Assembly (NCBI RefSeq): GCF_018350175.1
Contig: NC_058368.1
Location: 4,030,001 to 4,094,000, forward strand
DNA length: 64,000 nt
Origin: Felis catus
Taxonomy: Eukaryota
Direction of reading: 5' to 3'
Under the pieces are notes generated by a model, which was given only the letters and a program-made list of their open reading frames with translations, searched no databases and was not told the origin of the DNA. A program made the position numbers and the translations under genes. Numbering within the stretch: position 1 is the stretch's first letter; the number at the start of each line of letters is the position of its first letter. Positions 25,819 through 38,263 of the stretch are shown here, piece by piece.

Positions 25819-27567
25819 CTAAGGTAGACTTCGCCAGAAAGCAAGAGGACAGAACAGACTTCCCAGGAGCTAGAACACAGACACCCAGCTGCCACCCGTG
25901 GGAATGAAAAGAAAGGTCTTTCCTGCAGGGAACGAGATAGAAATATCAACAGGGCCTACCCCTTGGACTTCATCCCCAGGATGATGTCCCTTCTCTTTGG
26001 CTTAGCGTGTCCGTTAAATACAGAACCACATGGGCTCGGAACTAGTAAAAGCCCTTCTTCATGGAGGGAGAGGAAGTGGCCTGTGGCCCCGAGGAAGCGA
26101 GGACATCTCGGGTGACCTCTCCCCCTTTCCACTGTTGGCCGTGCTGCCATATTCACAGGCATCGCGCTCTGCAGCTTTACTTATCAGAATAACGTTGGTT
26201 TCCCCAGAAACGGTCCTTCAACCCACCTACAGCAAACAACAGGGTCAGAGCTGCCCGTGGTGACTTCCTGAGAACGGCATCCACATTCATCTAAAACTGG
26301 GAACTAACAACCCACATTACTGTGTATTGCGTCTGACCAAAGCCACTGGTAGCAAAATCCTCCGGCATGCGATGAAAATTCACCCTTGAAAGTCCCTCAC
26401 ATCACGAGAACGGGGAGCCAGCCACAGACAGACTTTGGGCCCGCAGAAAGCCTCGATTGGCACTGCCCTCAGAATAATTGCCTGGCCCTCCTTAATGTCA
26501 GAACAAAACAGGAGTCAGCAGAAGACTTTAAAATGGCATCTTTGCAAAATGGAGAAATCAGATTCATTCGCCCTGTACGTGAATGGAGCAAACTTAAGAT
26601 TTTAAGACGTAGCAACTCTTTTGAGTGTCGCTAATGACAGGACTGCATCGGCACGATCTGTTGCAGAAAAGGCCACGGTCACTAGTCATCATCTGACCTC
26701 AAACGCACATCCCTGTGATTGAAAGTGTCCGTAAATGCACTTTGTGGAGCACCAAAAGCAAAGTGAAAGTTGGGCGATAAGTAACTGGTTGGTTGTGTGC
26801 ATGTGTGCGTAATTGAAGATGTCCGTGTACAATGCATAACAGAAAAGATACCGTATTTCAAATGGAATAAGAAAAAACTATGAGCTGCTCCCTCAGATTC
26901 CGAATCTCCTCTGTGTTACACAAATCTTCCTCCCCTACTTTGTTGAACACGCCTCAAGAGTGTTTTCTTCATCGTTGACTCTCTCACTCAGTGAGATCTG
27001 GGGCCATGGATACGTAAGGCATTCAACAGAGATTGAATAATTTAGTCGCTTTGGCCAATTTCCAGCTAATAAAAATACACGTACTTTTATAGCGTATCTT
27101 GGATCGAATTGAGGAGGCTCTGTTTTCAGTCTTGTCAACTAATGGAGCAGATTGTCTGAGGCAGGAGTCTGGGGAGGGCTGGAACTGGAACGGGACCTCC
27201 TCAGAGTCTTGGGTTTATCTTTGGATCAATGTTATCAAAGATAACGTTTCACCCCAAAATAAGAGACCATATAGATGAATTATATGGCATAGGAATTAGA
27301 TCTCCATAAAGCTTTTAAAAAATAATGCATGAAAAATAGACTGTATGATTAAAATACATCTCACTTCATATTATCTGACTAATATCATCATCTGGGTTTT
27401 TTGCAGGGAGAAAGAATATTCATTCATTCCCTTAAAAAAACAAAGGGAGCTTGCCATGGAAATCCACACCAGAGGCTTTACTCACCTGTCATCTGACCTC
27501 TGAGGTGGTGATTGTTAGCCTATTATCAGTGCCACTTAAGGAGGAGGAAACTGAGGCACACCCGAGT

Positions 27568-27767
27568 AGCTCAGGTCATGATCTCATGGTCTGTGGGTTC
27601 GAGCCCCGCGTGGGGCTCTGTGCTGACAGCTCAGAGCCTGGAGCCTGCTTCGGACTCTGTGTCTCCCTCTCTCTCTGCCCCTCCCCCGCTCACACTCTGT
27701 CTCTCTCTCTCTCCCTCTCTCTCTCTCTCAAAAAATAAATAAACATTTAAAAAACAAAAAAAAAGGA
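27568..27767 (+). mobile_element. 5'-truncated Can-SINE inserted in a MIR
   Basis: TSD aggaggaaactgag (MIR core motif) at 27542-27555 and 27768-27781. Confidence 0.93.
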
Positions 27768-28149
27768 AGGAGGAAACTGAGATTCCAAGAGGTGAAGTAT
27801 CAGGTCTAGTATGATGCAGAGTCAGTTTGCAAAACCAAGTTTGACTCCAAATAAATATATTTAAAATCTTGGGTATTTTTTTTTCCATTCAGTAGCAAGG
27901 CCTCTGGGGAATACGAGGTGAATTGGACATAATACGGTTTTCAGGATCAGGATTTTCTTAGAATGGTCACTTATTACACATTTAATAAACAAAAGCATTA
28001 ATAAACAAAACTAGTGAGACACTTGCATATTATGAGAAACTGATAAAGGTTGGATTTAATGTATGTTTTAAGCTTTAAAAACCTAACATTAATATCTTTA
28101 TGCTCAAAGTAAATGACACTCTAATTTATCAGTTAAGGTTCTGTTTATC

Positions 28150-28275
28150 TAGGGTTCCTAGATTTAGCAAATAGAAATGTGCCTAGTTAAGTTTGAATTT
28201 CAAATAAACAACAAGCAATTTTTTAGTGTATGTTTACCTTAGGCCGTATTTCCTGTAACGGATCTGGTGACCCTA
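28150..28275. mobile_element. MER53 non-autonomous DNA transposon, internally deleted
   Basis: TIRs tagggttcctagat ... atctggtgacccta; left arm gatttagcaaata..gtttgaatttcaaataaacaac. Confidence 0.8.
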
Positions 28276-28886
28276 TTAGTCATTTATTAATGCCCCTAAG
28301 AATTAATAATGACCCTAATCATTTCTTAATGATTAAATTGATCACTGCATTAAAAACAAGGAGAAAGAGCTAAGCCTTCACTGCTAGAAGTAAAGTCGTG
28401 CACAAATTCTAGATACCTGAAAAATGCAAATACATGCGGCTCTCTAGCACTTGGTACTCAGATGAAACGTAGGAGATCTATGAAGTGTAAGTGATCACCC
28501 ACAACATTATTTGGGTCTTTGACTTATTTTAATGTGTTGTAGTTTCAGGACACATGAAAAGGAAAATGGGGATTACATTGCCCTCATTTTCTAATTTTCT
28601 AACCCGGAGCAGAATATTTAAATCAAATCTTTGGACACGACGTCACTGTAACCAGACCATCGATGCCCCCTTACAAAAGCGAGAACCGGTGTGCACTGGA
28701 TTTCAGGCCACTGTAAGCTCTAAGTGCTGTGAGAGGGGACACGGGGGTACAGGGGCCAGAGCTCAGCGTTTGCAGGCTAAGGACTCACTGACGTCTAGCG
28801 AGAAAAGTCAACTTGGATACCACCTGGTCGACCTCCCCTTTTTACAAATGAGAAATCGTTGGGGCTCTCTTCTCCCTTGGTCTTAC

Positions 28887-28928
28887 GTTTTATCATCGGC
28901 AAAACAGGCCGGCTCTTCCTCGAGGCTA
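28887..28928 (-). other. Candidate exon (42 nt, phase 2-2, SLEEEPACFADDK)
   Basis: Acceptor CTTTCACCTCCATTGTCCGTTGTCCTCGACACAG (NAGNAG), donor AAC|GTAAGA. Confidence 0.35.
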
Positions 28929-31300
28929 CTGTGTCGAGGACAACGGACAATGGAGGTGAAAGCACGTGACTTGATCAAGTAACTGTTATACACCAAGAGT
29001 ACCCCAAAGACAGGGTGTATTAATTGTGCACCCAGGACTTGAAGGAAGCTTAAAGGGTATCTATGTCGTGCCTCTGATCGCAGAGGTGAAGTCAAATGAC
29101 TTTCCGGTTAGTGCAAAGAGAAACCAAGGCCCCGGAGCTAGCACCACACCCCTCGATTCCCGCCCAGTACTTCCCAGTTCACCACCACAGTGGCTCCGTC
29201 CTAGGCTCTAACGTCAGACGCGATGCGCGATGCATAGAGTTTAAGGAAAGAAAAGGTGGCAAGGAGGAAGGAGAAAAGCCCATACGAACAGAAACTAAAC
29301 CAGCGACAGGCTGGCAATACAAAAAGCAAACTGCTGCTCGGGTTGTCCAAGGTCAGAAGAGCAACGGGATCTGTTCTGGTTTCCAATTTGGCACTGTTCG
29401 CATCAGTCCCATCTAGCGGCCCCCACTTGGACAGTCAATATCATCATCACCTCTGCCATCGTCAAGGCTTTAACAGGAGCTGTACAAAGACACTTGGCCT
29501 TCCCTCCTCCAATGAACACTCTTGTGGCAGCGTGGAAACGTCACCATTACGCTTACAGGCAAGAGATCCTAAGCAAGTACCGGGTATGTTCCTTATATCT
29601 ACTTAGAGCTGATTAAGATGCACTTGATCAAAAGATCATTTCAGAGTCCCTTCCTTTAAGGAAATGCTATGAGAAACCACGGTAGCCTGCTTCCCCACAG
29701 ATCGGGGAATAGGAAGGTGGGTAGACCGAATGGGAAAAGTCAGAACTCCCGCTAAACAACAATACGGTGCACGTTCGGTGCTGATGCCCTCATGTGCATG
29801 ACCTCATTCGAACCCGGGGACAGGTGTGTGAAAAACAACAGCCCACATCTCTAATATAGGAAGGTACTGAGACCCACAGAAGTTAAGTGAGTTTTCGGCG
29901 ATCAGAGCTACAACGAAGCGTGGCTGAGATAAATACCTGAAGCTCCTGAGAACCAATCCAGCATAAACAACAATACACCAGATGCTTCCGATGGAAGGGA
30001 ACCTTGGTCTTTCAAAGAGCGTGACTGGGCTTTTCCTCTTATCATGGGAAGCATAGAAAACACCGTCTTCATCATGGAAAGCATCTCAGAAACCAAGCAA
30101 GGCACGAGGGAAAGACGGGAACGTGGAACATGTGGCTTGGCGTGTTTGAAAGGGAGACTGAAGGAGCCTCGAACGCCAGAGACAAGAAGGGGGGAAATCG
30201 GCCAGCCAAACAGCCAGAGAAGGTACGGAAAGGATGAGTAAGACTTTGCGGCAGGGTTAGGGAAAGGAGGCTGGTTAGTCATAAGCAAAACCACCGGGGC
30301 ACCATGGTCACATACTGACCTGGTGCGTACCTGGTTATCAATGGGCAGCTTGAAAAAAGACCAATATAGGAGATTTACTTCCCACGTGACAAAGGCAATG
30401 GGATTACGCGTCGATTACTTTTCTCTGCTTTGGAGGAGAAATAAGGCTTGCATGGAACTCGAGGGCGGTTCGTGCTGGGGAAACGCGTGGAACGAACCTG
30501 CTTTTGCCTTCCACTTACACAGAGCAGGATGAAACGAAAGCCCGGACCAGTGGCACGTTAGAAACCAATCCGGCGGTCTGTCCTGAGGTTATTAACCTTG
30601 TTTCAAGAGAAAGAACAAGACGGAGAGGTTTCCTCCTTGTTAAAACTGGGATACTCTTTCTAAGAATGTGACGATCACTCGCTGGAAGAAAATGGAATGA
30701 CTTGGTAAAATGCTGCTCAGTAAAAGCAGGATTTTCAAATCCCGTTATGTAAGGTACGGATAATATGTGGAGTCACGCAAGGGCGTGCTGTTTAAAATGA
30801 GGACAGCCAGTGTAAATTCCACCAGAAGCCGCTCTGAGAATCCCACTTGGTATTCAACAGGGCTCTTGACCCCCACACCCCGTTTTACAGCAAAGGACCC
30901 ATTGTGACCAAACACTGCAAGCCCAGGGTGGAAATTAAAATGACAAAGCCGGGTGGTCTGAGCACCGGGACCACCGTGGATGTCTCTAGTAACGCGGCCG
31001 GCTGGCGTCTCCCCCCCCCCCCAAACCCGCAGGCTGCCAGCCCCAACGGCACGTTTTAAAAAGAGCCCATTACTCACAGGTGCACGACCCACGAAAGAAG
31101 ATTCTCTGCCTTCCACGGGAGGCAGTGTCTTAGGAGAGCGGTCAGTGCTGTCCGAAAACAACTGCAGTGACTGACCGACCTGGTTCCAGCCCAGCTCTCG
31201 GAGGACCCAAGAACCAATCACACCGTGGGCTCGCCGATTTCTACAAGCTTCTTCCCTTTCCCTTCCCGTTCCTTATCTAACCGGATCCTCAGCCACTTAC

Positions 31301-31399
31301 CGGTGGCCGTCAGCGTCCATCTCAGCGCCTTTGTTTTCCTTTTGTCACATCAGCAGGCTCCAGCGTGACTGCCACCGCAGCCGCACTGGGTCCAGGGGA
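31301..31399 (-). other. Candidate exon with a Kozak ATG at 31320 (MDADGHR); 5' boundary uncertain
   Basis: Consensus donor CCG|GTAAGT; GAGATGG start context; GC box just upstream; one in-frame TGA 5' of the ATG. Confidence 0.35.
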
Positions 31400-32257
31400 C
31401 TGGATGCCGCAGTCAGCGGGGCCCCCCGCCCCCACCCAGCAGGCTTTTTTTTTCTTTTTAAAGAGATAGGACCATCATCAACCTTAGGCTTTAATAATGC
31501 TGCAGAACGCAGCGCGGGTGCTCACGCTGGTCGTGCGAAATAACAAGGGCAGTTTCTATTCTCACCAAATTGCCCAGATTAAGTTTCGGACGTAGGCACG
31601 GCTGACAAAAGCCCGCTCTGTTAAACGCGAGCCGAGTGGCCTTAGACAAGTCATTGGTGGGTCTCATTTAGCTCATGGAAAATGAGGACTTGCGACCAGG
31701 CGATAGTCTGGAAATGCTATCATTTACTAACATCAAATACAAAACAGCAGCCACATACTCGCATATAAAAGACAATAACACGCTACGTTGGCCTTGCAGG
31801 TTATGGCTTACAAAGCGCTTTTCTTATTTTATTTGGATTTGGCTGTGAAGTTCCAAGGGTTAAAAAAAAAAAAAAAAAAGAGCATTTACCCAAAATGCTT
31901 TGTAAATTAGGAAATGTTACCCAGCTATAAAATGGTCTAAGTTTTCACTGGTAATGTCAGTTTAGTAATAAAAATATGGTAAGAATAAATTTAAAAAGAG
32001 CTCTATCTTCTTGCTTCCTAGAACGGGGGTTGAAATACCGAGAGAGCCTGTTTTTGTAAATAGCTCTCCCCCGCGACCCTTGGGTGCACCATATTCCTCA
32101 TTATAGCTTCCTCGTACAACCGCCTACATCAGTAGAAATCTAGAATAGAGGCTTACCTAGAACCCCTTGAGCTTTGAAAGTCTGGGTCGCTTGACGTCTG
32201 AGCAAAATACCTGACTCCACTCAGCAAACTCCAGACCTGAAAAGGCTAAACTCTTAC

Positions 32258-32347
32258 CTCTCCTGCGAAGACCAACTGAGGCCCAAAACAGCATCCACTC
32301 CAGAAGCAGCGTCACTGTCTGCAGCAGGGGCCTCCGTAGGGCCGCCG
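32258..32347 (-). other. Candidate exon (90 nt, phase 2-2, GGPTEAPAADSDAASGVDAVLGLSWSSQE)
   Basis: Acceptor TTTGGTATCTTCAG, donor GAG|GTAAGA; open frame. Confidence 0.35.
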
Positions 32348-33122
32348 CTGAAGATACCAAATCTAATTTCCTTTGTGTCCTAGACTCACAGATTCAGGTA
32401 TAGAGCATGCCCAGGAAGTAGCAGGGCAATGTCTTATTCCAATAAAATCACTGTGTACCAACAAGGGAGAAATAGCGTCCTGACGGCCTTTTGTCTGACC
32501 CTCACCACAGCGCTTTGTGGGCCGCCAACAGTCTGGTCCTCAGGGGTATTACCCCCGTGGGGGTGAGCTTCTCCCCTCCAAGGGTGCCTCAGTTCCGGCA
32601 GCGCCATCTTGGATGCCATCAAATTAACTCAGGGCACATCTGTGGAGCACTGCCACATAGTTAGGTACAGGGGGCTGCGAGACGAATCTTCAAGTTTCTT
32701 GTTCACGTAATGTGGTCATCTACACACTCCCATCGCTGAGCTCCTGGAGCCCCGTGGGCGCCAAAGTTATAAATTATCAGTATTTGTAATTCCCGGTTCC
32801 TCCACCTTCCAAGGAAAATGGGTCCCTAAGGAGATCATTTTGTTTGGTTCAGTTGCCACGCTGCTGGGATGTAACAGAAACAAAGCGATAACGACTGTTA
32901 CTGTTTTATGCTAATGAGAAAGACCGCGTGTGATTCTCTTAGAAAATAGGAGACACGGAGCCCATAATCCTACCATCTGAAGCAACCACTTTTTATCTTT
33001 TGGTATTTGATATATACACATTATATACATATTTTATACATATATATACATATATCTGGCTTTCCCGCTTAACATTGTATTGAAAACATTTTCCTCTTTC
33101 ACTCTTTGAGGACATACTTTCT

Positions 33123-33347
33123 TTTTTTTTTTTAATTTTTTTTTTAACATTTTATTTATTTTTGAGACAGGGAGAGACAGAGCATGAACGGGGGAGGGTC
33201 AGAGAGAGAGGGAGACACAGACTGAAACAGGCTCCAGGCTCCGAGCCATCAGCACAGAGCCCGACGTGGGGCTCAAACTCACGGACCGTGAGATCATGAC
33301 CTGAGCCGAAGTCGAACGCTTAACCGACTGAGCCACCCAGGCGCCCC
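33123..33347 (-). mobile_element. Can-SINE inserted in an old L1 fragment
   Basis: TSD aggacatactttct at 33109-33122 and 33349-33362. Confidence 0.96.
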
Positions 33348-34980
33348 AAGGACATACTTTCTAACGCCTGCGTGATAACACTTCTTACAGTTGTACCGTA
33401 GTGTATTCAACCGATTCCCTACTGTTGGTCTTTTAGGTTGATATGTGCTTCTCTCAGAAATGTTATGCCGTTTTGCCCACCTACTCAACACTGAATGAAA
33501 GTGCCCAGTGACACACTGGTTGTGCAGAAATGACCAAGTGACGCAGAGGTTGGAACTTCAGGACCCCCACATGCACCGCACCTGACATGCCTTTCACTGT
33601 CGCGAGGATGTGCCCGTGTGTGTGTGGGGGCGGGGGGGGTGGTTCCACATGCACTGTGAAGGTGGTCTCACATGAAGCACAGCCCTTGACCTCGCCCCAG
33701 TCCAGACACACTAGCGCACTCAGTAAACCATACGAGCCACTTAAAGTTGTGGTACGATTTATGGTCTTGAACACTGTGGTCAAAAGATTGAGGCTTTGTC
33801 CTAAACATGGTAAGGAGCCAAAGGTTTCTAGATAATCCGTGAATCACAAATCCCGCATGTTCTGGTCAAAGATTGACTGTTGACACACACGGTTTAGAGG
33901 TCAGCACATCTTTCCTCGCCTTAAGCTCACTCTGGCAAGCGGCATATGAAAACATCGTCTAGTACCTCCCTTGCCCAGAACCACGAAGACTTAGCCAGAG
34001 GGAGAAGTCTTTGCCACTTTTCTAGGGCTTTTAAAGAGCTGGCACCAAGTCTCTGGCCTCTTCTCCTGGACGACTCCCAGCCATGGCTCTCGCCATGGCC
34101 CACTCTTCCTTTCTAGCCACATCATGTGGCCTGGAGTCCACGGGGCCTTTGTGGCCCTCTTCCATAAAGCCGTATGGGTGTCAGATGTTCATCAGCTCAG
34201 AAACAGCCATTGTTCCACCTGAGAGATGTTAGCTCAACCCCGACATCTACTCCTAATTCTAGAACCTTAGCCTTAGTGTCTTTGTCACAGATTCTGTTAA
34301 CTCGTGTCTGTATGATGCCAGTACTCTCTCAATCTCAGTAACTGCGTTTAGCAGCTCAGTAGGCCAACCATGGATTCGATCCCTATAAACCAGTACATGT
34401 CCACGCGAAAAGCATGTATGCTTTTTGACCTTCTGTTTCTCCTTCTGTGAAATGGCAATATTAACTCTCCAATATGGGGATACACAGTTCTTGGCAGGTA
34501 ATAGGGATCCAAATTAAAGAAGCTATTAGTTAGTTTTTTTATCTTATTTTTTCTGCTTTAAGTCACTTTCTCAAATCGAGAAGTATAATTTTGGAACTGA
34601 GAGCCAGACACTTGCCCTTAAAAGATATCTATGTAACCTCAGCTCAAGACTTTTAGAAAATTCCCAGCTACATTTCTAATCCCAGCAGCAGTGTGATCCC
34701 ATGACATGTTCTAAGAAGGACACACAGACTCTAAGTTATGAAAATATGGAGGGCATCAGATGACAGAAATATGACCTCATAAGCATCATGGCTCCCAAGT
34801 ACAACCACGCGGCCATGGTAAAGGCACCCGCCATTTTGTAGATTTCTTAAAAATCCCCACAGCTTCTAGTCCAGGGTAGGCATGTAGTAGACGTGTGGCC
34901 AATGTTAGCTGAGCAGAGAACTTGGGGGCAGAGCCCGCTTCTTCCTTGGGCCAATTTTATTCTCATGTCTCACTATCAAA

Positions 34981-35451
34981 TTTAGGGGACCAGAATATGT
35001 CATCCTAAAATACTCCACTTTGTCACAAGGATTATTTTGCACTGAAAACAACTGAGAAGCAGCAGACACAGAAAAAAACTCTTTATCCCTGTGTTAATCA
35101 CCAGGGAGGAGCCCAGAGGAACGTACATATCTTGCTACAACCCCCCTTACCAGCCATTAGTTTTCCCACAATTTGCCACCCCTAAAAGCCTGAGTCCCTT
35201 CTCCTTTGTCTTGTCTCATCTCTACAAACTTACCGTTCTTTGCGAAGACCCTAGATGGAGCCCCAAGTTCTAACCACCCCTTTGAGTCACTGCTCAGCGT
35301 TGGGTTCCTCCAGTGTTACTGCACATCGCACACACTGTTAAACTTTGTGTGCTTTTCTCTTGTTCGCCTGTCTTGTGTCAGTTTAATTTCCCAGCCCCAC
35401 TTGTAGAACACGGAAGGAGGGAGGAAAGGGGTGTCTACTTCCCTGCCTACA
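34981..35451 (+). mobile_element. MER34-like ERV1 solo LTR
   Basis: taggggaccagaatatg..aaggattattttg start; gcttttctcttgtt..cagtttaattt..cctaca end. Confidence 0.8.
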
Positions 35452-35992
35452 GTTACAGACTGGCGACTGGCTCCCTGAACTAGCTTCCAAGAAGTCAGTC
35501 CCCTAGAGCTTAGCCCTGACAACATTCCCTTCAGTTTTCTAGTCCTGTGATGTTCCAGGAAAACACAGGCGTCTTGAGGCGTGGCCACACAGACAGGTAG
35601 ACCAAGACCACAGTGCACAGCTTCCTTACAAGTAGCTTTCTGTACACAGCCACGGTGGTGTTCCTTTGTCCCTTCTTCACCCCTCACAACATTGCAATGA
35701 AACCTTGCAGACTCCGTGCTTCTTAATTACAGCGTGCCCCGTTCTGCCACAGGATGCGGTGGAGGCAAAATCACAATCAATTTTTAAGGTCGATGATTAA
35801 AGTCATCCTGGTCACCTAAAAAAAAAAAAAAGAAAGAAACTGCACACCAATTTACAGGATCATCAACTCACTGGAAAAGGATACTATCATCAACAACCCA
35901 CACCTCGCTGAGACCACAGAACAGAGTCTCAGCAAGCAGAAGTGGTCTCAGATGAGCCCCCCCTGCTCCCACATTTAAAAAAGAAAACTTCA

Positions 35993-36161
35993 GGGGCCCC
36001 TGGGTGGCTCAGGTGGTAGAGCACCCGACTTCGGCTCAGGTCACGATCTCAGGGTTTGTGGATTCGAGCCCCGCGTTAGGCTCCGTGCTGACAGCTCGGA
36101 GCCTGGAGCCTGTTTCAGATTCTGTGTCTCCCTCTCTCTCTGCCCCTCCCCCTGCTCATGA

Positions 36162-36195
<34 letters not shown>

Positions 36196-36227
36196 AAAAA
36201 TAAACATTAAAACTTTTTTTTAATTAA
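35993..36227 (+). mobile_element. Can-SINE
   Basis: TSD aaaaaagaaaacttca. Confidence 0.96.
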
Positions 36228-36634
36228 AAAAAAGAAAACTTCATTTAAATATGCAAAAATCAACCATCCTACCACTCAGAAAAAAACACTCTTGGTACTT
36301 TAGTGGGTGTAACTCATTCCACGTTATTTCCCGGGCATGTGTGTGCACCGCCACCGAGTTATTAAGGCACCGTGTGGCTTCCAGGTGCAAGGCCCTTTTC
36401 CACCTGCTGCTACAGTCAACAAATGGCGGAAAACCAAATAGGCAAGGGCCCTCCCATGGGGAGCTTGTACTGCAGTGGGGGGAGACCAAATAAAATAAAC
36501 ATGCATATGCCAAATGGTAAAAAAATAAATGAATAAATAAATAAATAAATAAATAGGAAATTAAGCACCATGAAAAGGTGTTGTACAGGCGCTATTTTAG
36601 ACGGAGACGGAACTCAATCAAGTTATCTACCTCA

Positions 36635-36758
36635 GGGGCGCCTGTGCGGCTCAGTCAGTTAAGCTTCCAATTCTTGATTTCGGCTCAGGTCATGATCTCC
36701 AGTCGGGGGATTGAGCCCTGCATTGATCTCCACACTGACAGCGTGAAGCCTGCTTGGG

Positions 36759-36826
<68 letters not shown>

Positions 36827-36841
36827 AAAAATACAGAAACA
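36635..36841 (+). mobile_element. Older Can-SINE with long (CT)n
   Basis: Head ggggcgcctg; tail interrupted by an L1 fragment. Confidence 0.92.
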
Positions 36842-36954
36842 TTTATTTTTTTATATTAAATATAATTTATGGTCAAATTGGTTTCCATACAACACCCAGT
36901 GCTCATCCCAACAGGTGCCCTCCTCAACGCCCATCACCATAAGAGACTCTTAAA
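36842..36954 (-). mobile_element. Felid-type L1 3' terminus with a short inverted segment
   Basis: Reverse complement GGTGATGGGCGTTGAGGAGGGCACCTGTTGGGATGAGCACTGGGTGTTGTATGGAAACCAATTTG; opposite-strand L1 piece at 36936-36954. Confidence 0.85.
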
Positions 36955-37312
36955 CAAATTTAGTACTTAATTTAGTGCATGTAATACTTAAAATGTTAGT
37001 TTATTTTTAATTGCACAAGTCACATATAATTGGGTTTTTCTTGGACGTGATCGGAACCCCGTGGCTAGAACGAACTTTCTACTATAAAGCCCATCCTCTG
37101 TTTCTCGTCTCAGAATAAGTGACCACCGTCATACGTCTCCTTTCAGAGTAAATCGTCTCAATAATGCATATGTGCATGCAGACATACTGACAGCATGTTG
37201 CAGTGAATCTTCCAACGGACATAAATTCTACTTTCCTTTCTGCAACTTGCTTTTCTGACCTAACAATCTGCCAGTAGATATTCTTATGTTTCCATGCCAG
37301 TGCCCCATTCTT

Positions 37313-37443
37313 TCTTTCCCTTTAAGTAGGCTTCACTCCCATTGTGGAGCCCAACGTGGGGCTTAAACTCACAGCCTTGGGTTCATGACCTGAGCTGAGA
37401 TCAAAAGTCAGACGCTCACCCGACCGAGCCACCCAGGGGCCCC
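37313..37443 (-). mobile_element. Short Can-SINE lacking (CT)n
   Basis: TSD ag(t/c)gccccattctt. Confidence 0.9.
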
Positions 37444-37571
37444 AGCGCCCCATTCTTCCTAGCTATTGCGTGGTATTCCATGGTTAGGACACATCATATT
37501 GTATTTAACTCTTCCATTTTGATAGATACTAAGGTGACTTCCAACTTGCATCATCAAAAAATAAAACCGTA

Positions 37572-37786
37572 GGGGCGCCTGGGTGGCTCAGTCAGTTAAG
37601 CGTCCCACTCTTGGTTTCGGCTCAGGTCATGATCTCACGATCCAAGATCGAGCCCCAAGTCGGGCTCTGGAGTGACAGCTGGGAGCCTGCTTGGGATCCT
37701 CTCTCTCTTCTCTCTCCACCTCTCCCCCGCTCACACTCTCTTGTGCTCTCTCTTTCTCTCAAAATAAATAAACATTAAAAAAAGAA
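37572..37786 (+). mobile_element. Can-SINE
   Basis: Full body and tail. Confidence 0.94.
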
Positions 37787-38045
37787 GAAAATGAAATCTG
37801 CCTGTTTATGTCCATGTGACTCAGGCAGGTAATATGGAGTGGAATGGCTGGATCATAGGATTTGAGTTTTAATACTATACTGCCTGATGACTCTATCCGT
37901 TTAAAGTGCTTGTGTTGGTTTAAAATTCCACCCGAGGTGTACCCTTTGCAAAATTAGAGCCACAATATACCTACTGTTTAAGACTGTATTTTCTCCCCTG
38001 TAACGAAATACCATGAACATCTTTCTATGTATTTAAGTGTCTTTT

Positions 38046-38263
38046 ATTTTAAATTTTTTTAATGTTTATTTATTTTTGACAGAGAGGGAGAGAGACAGAG
38101 CATAAGCGGAGGAGGGGCAGAGAGAGAGGGAGACACTGAAGCCGAAGCGGGCTCCAGGCTCCGAGCCGTCAGCACAGAGCCCAACGCGGGGCTCGAACTC
38201 ACAGACCGCGAGATCATGACCTGAGCCGAAGTCGGACGCTCAAGTGAGCCACCCAGGCGCCCC
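38046..38263 (-). mobile_element. Can-SINE
   Basis: TSD aagtgtctttt. Confidence 0.95.
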
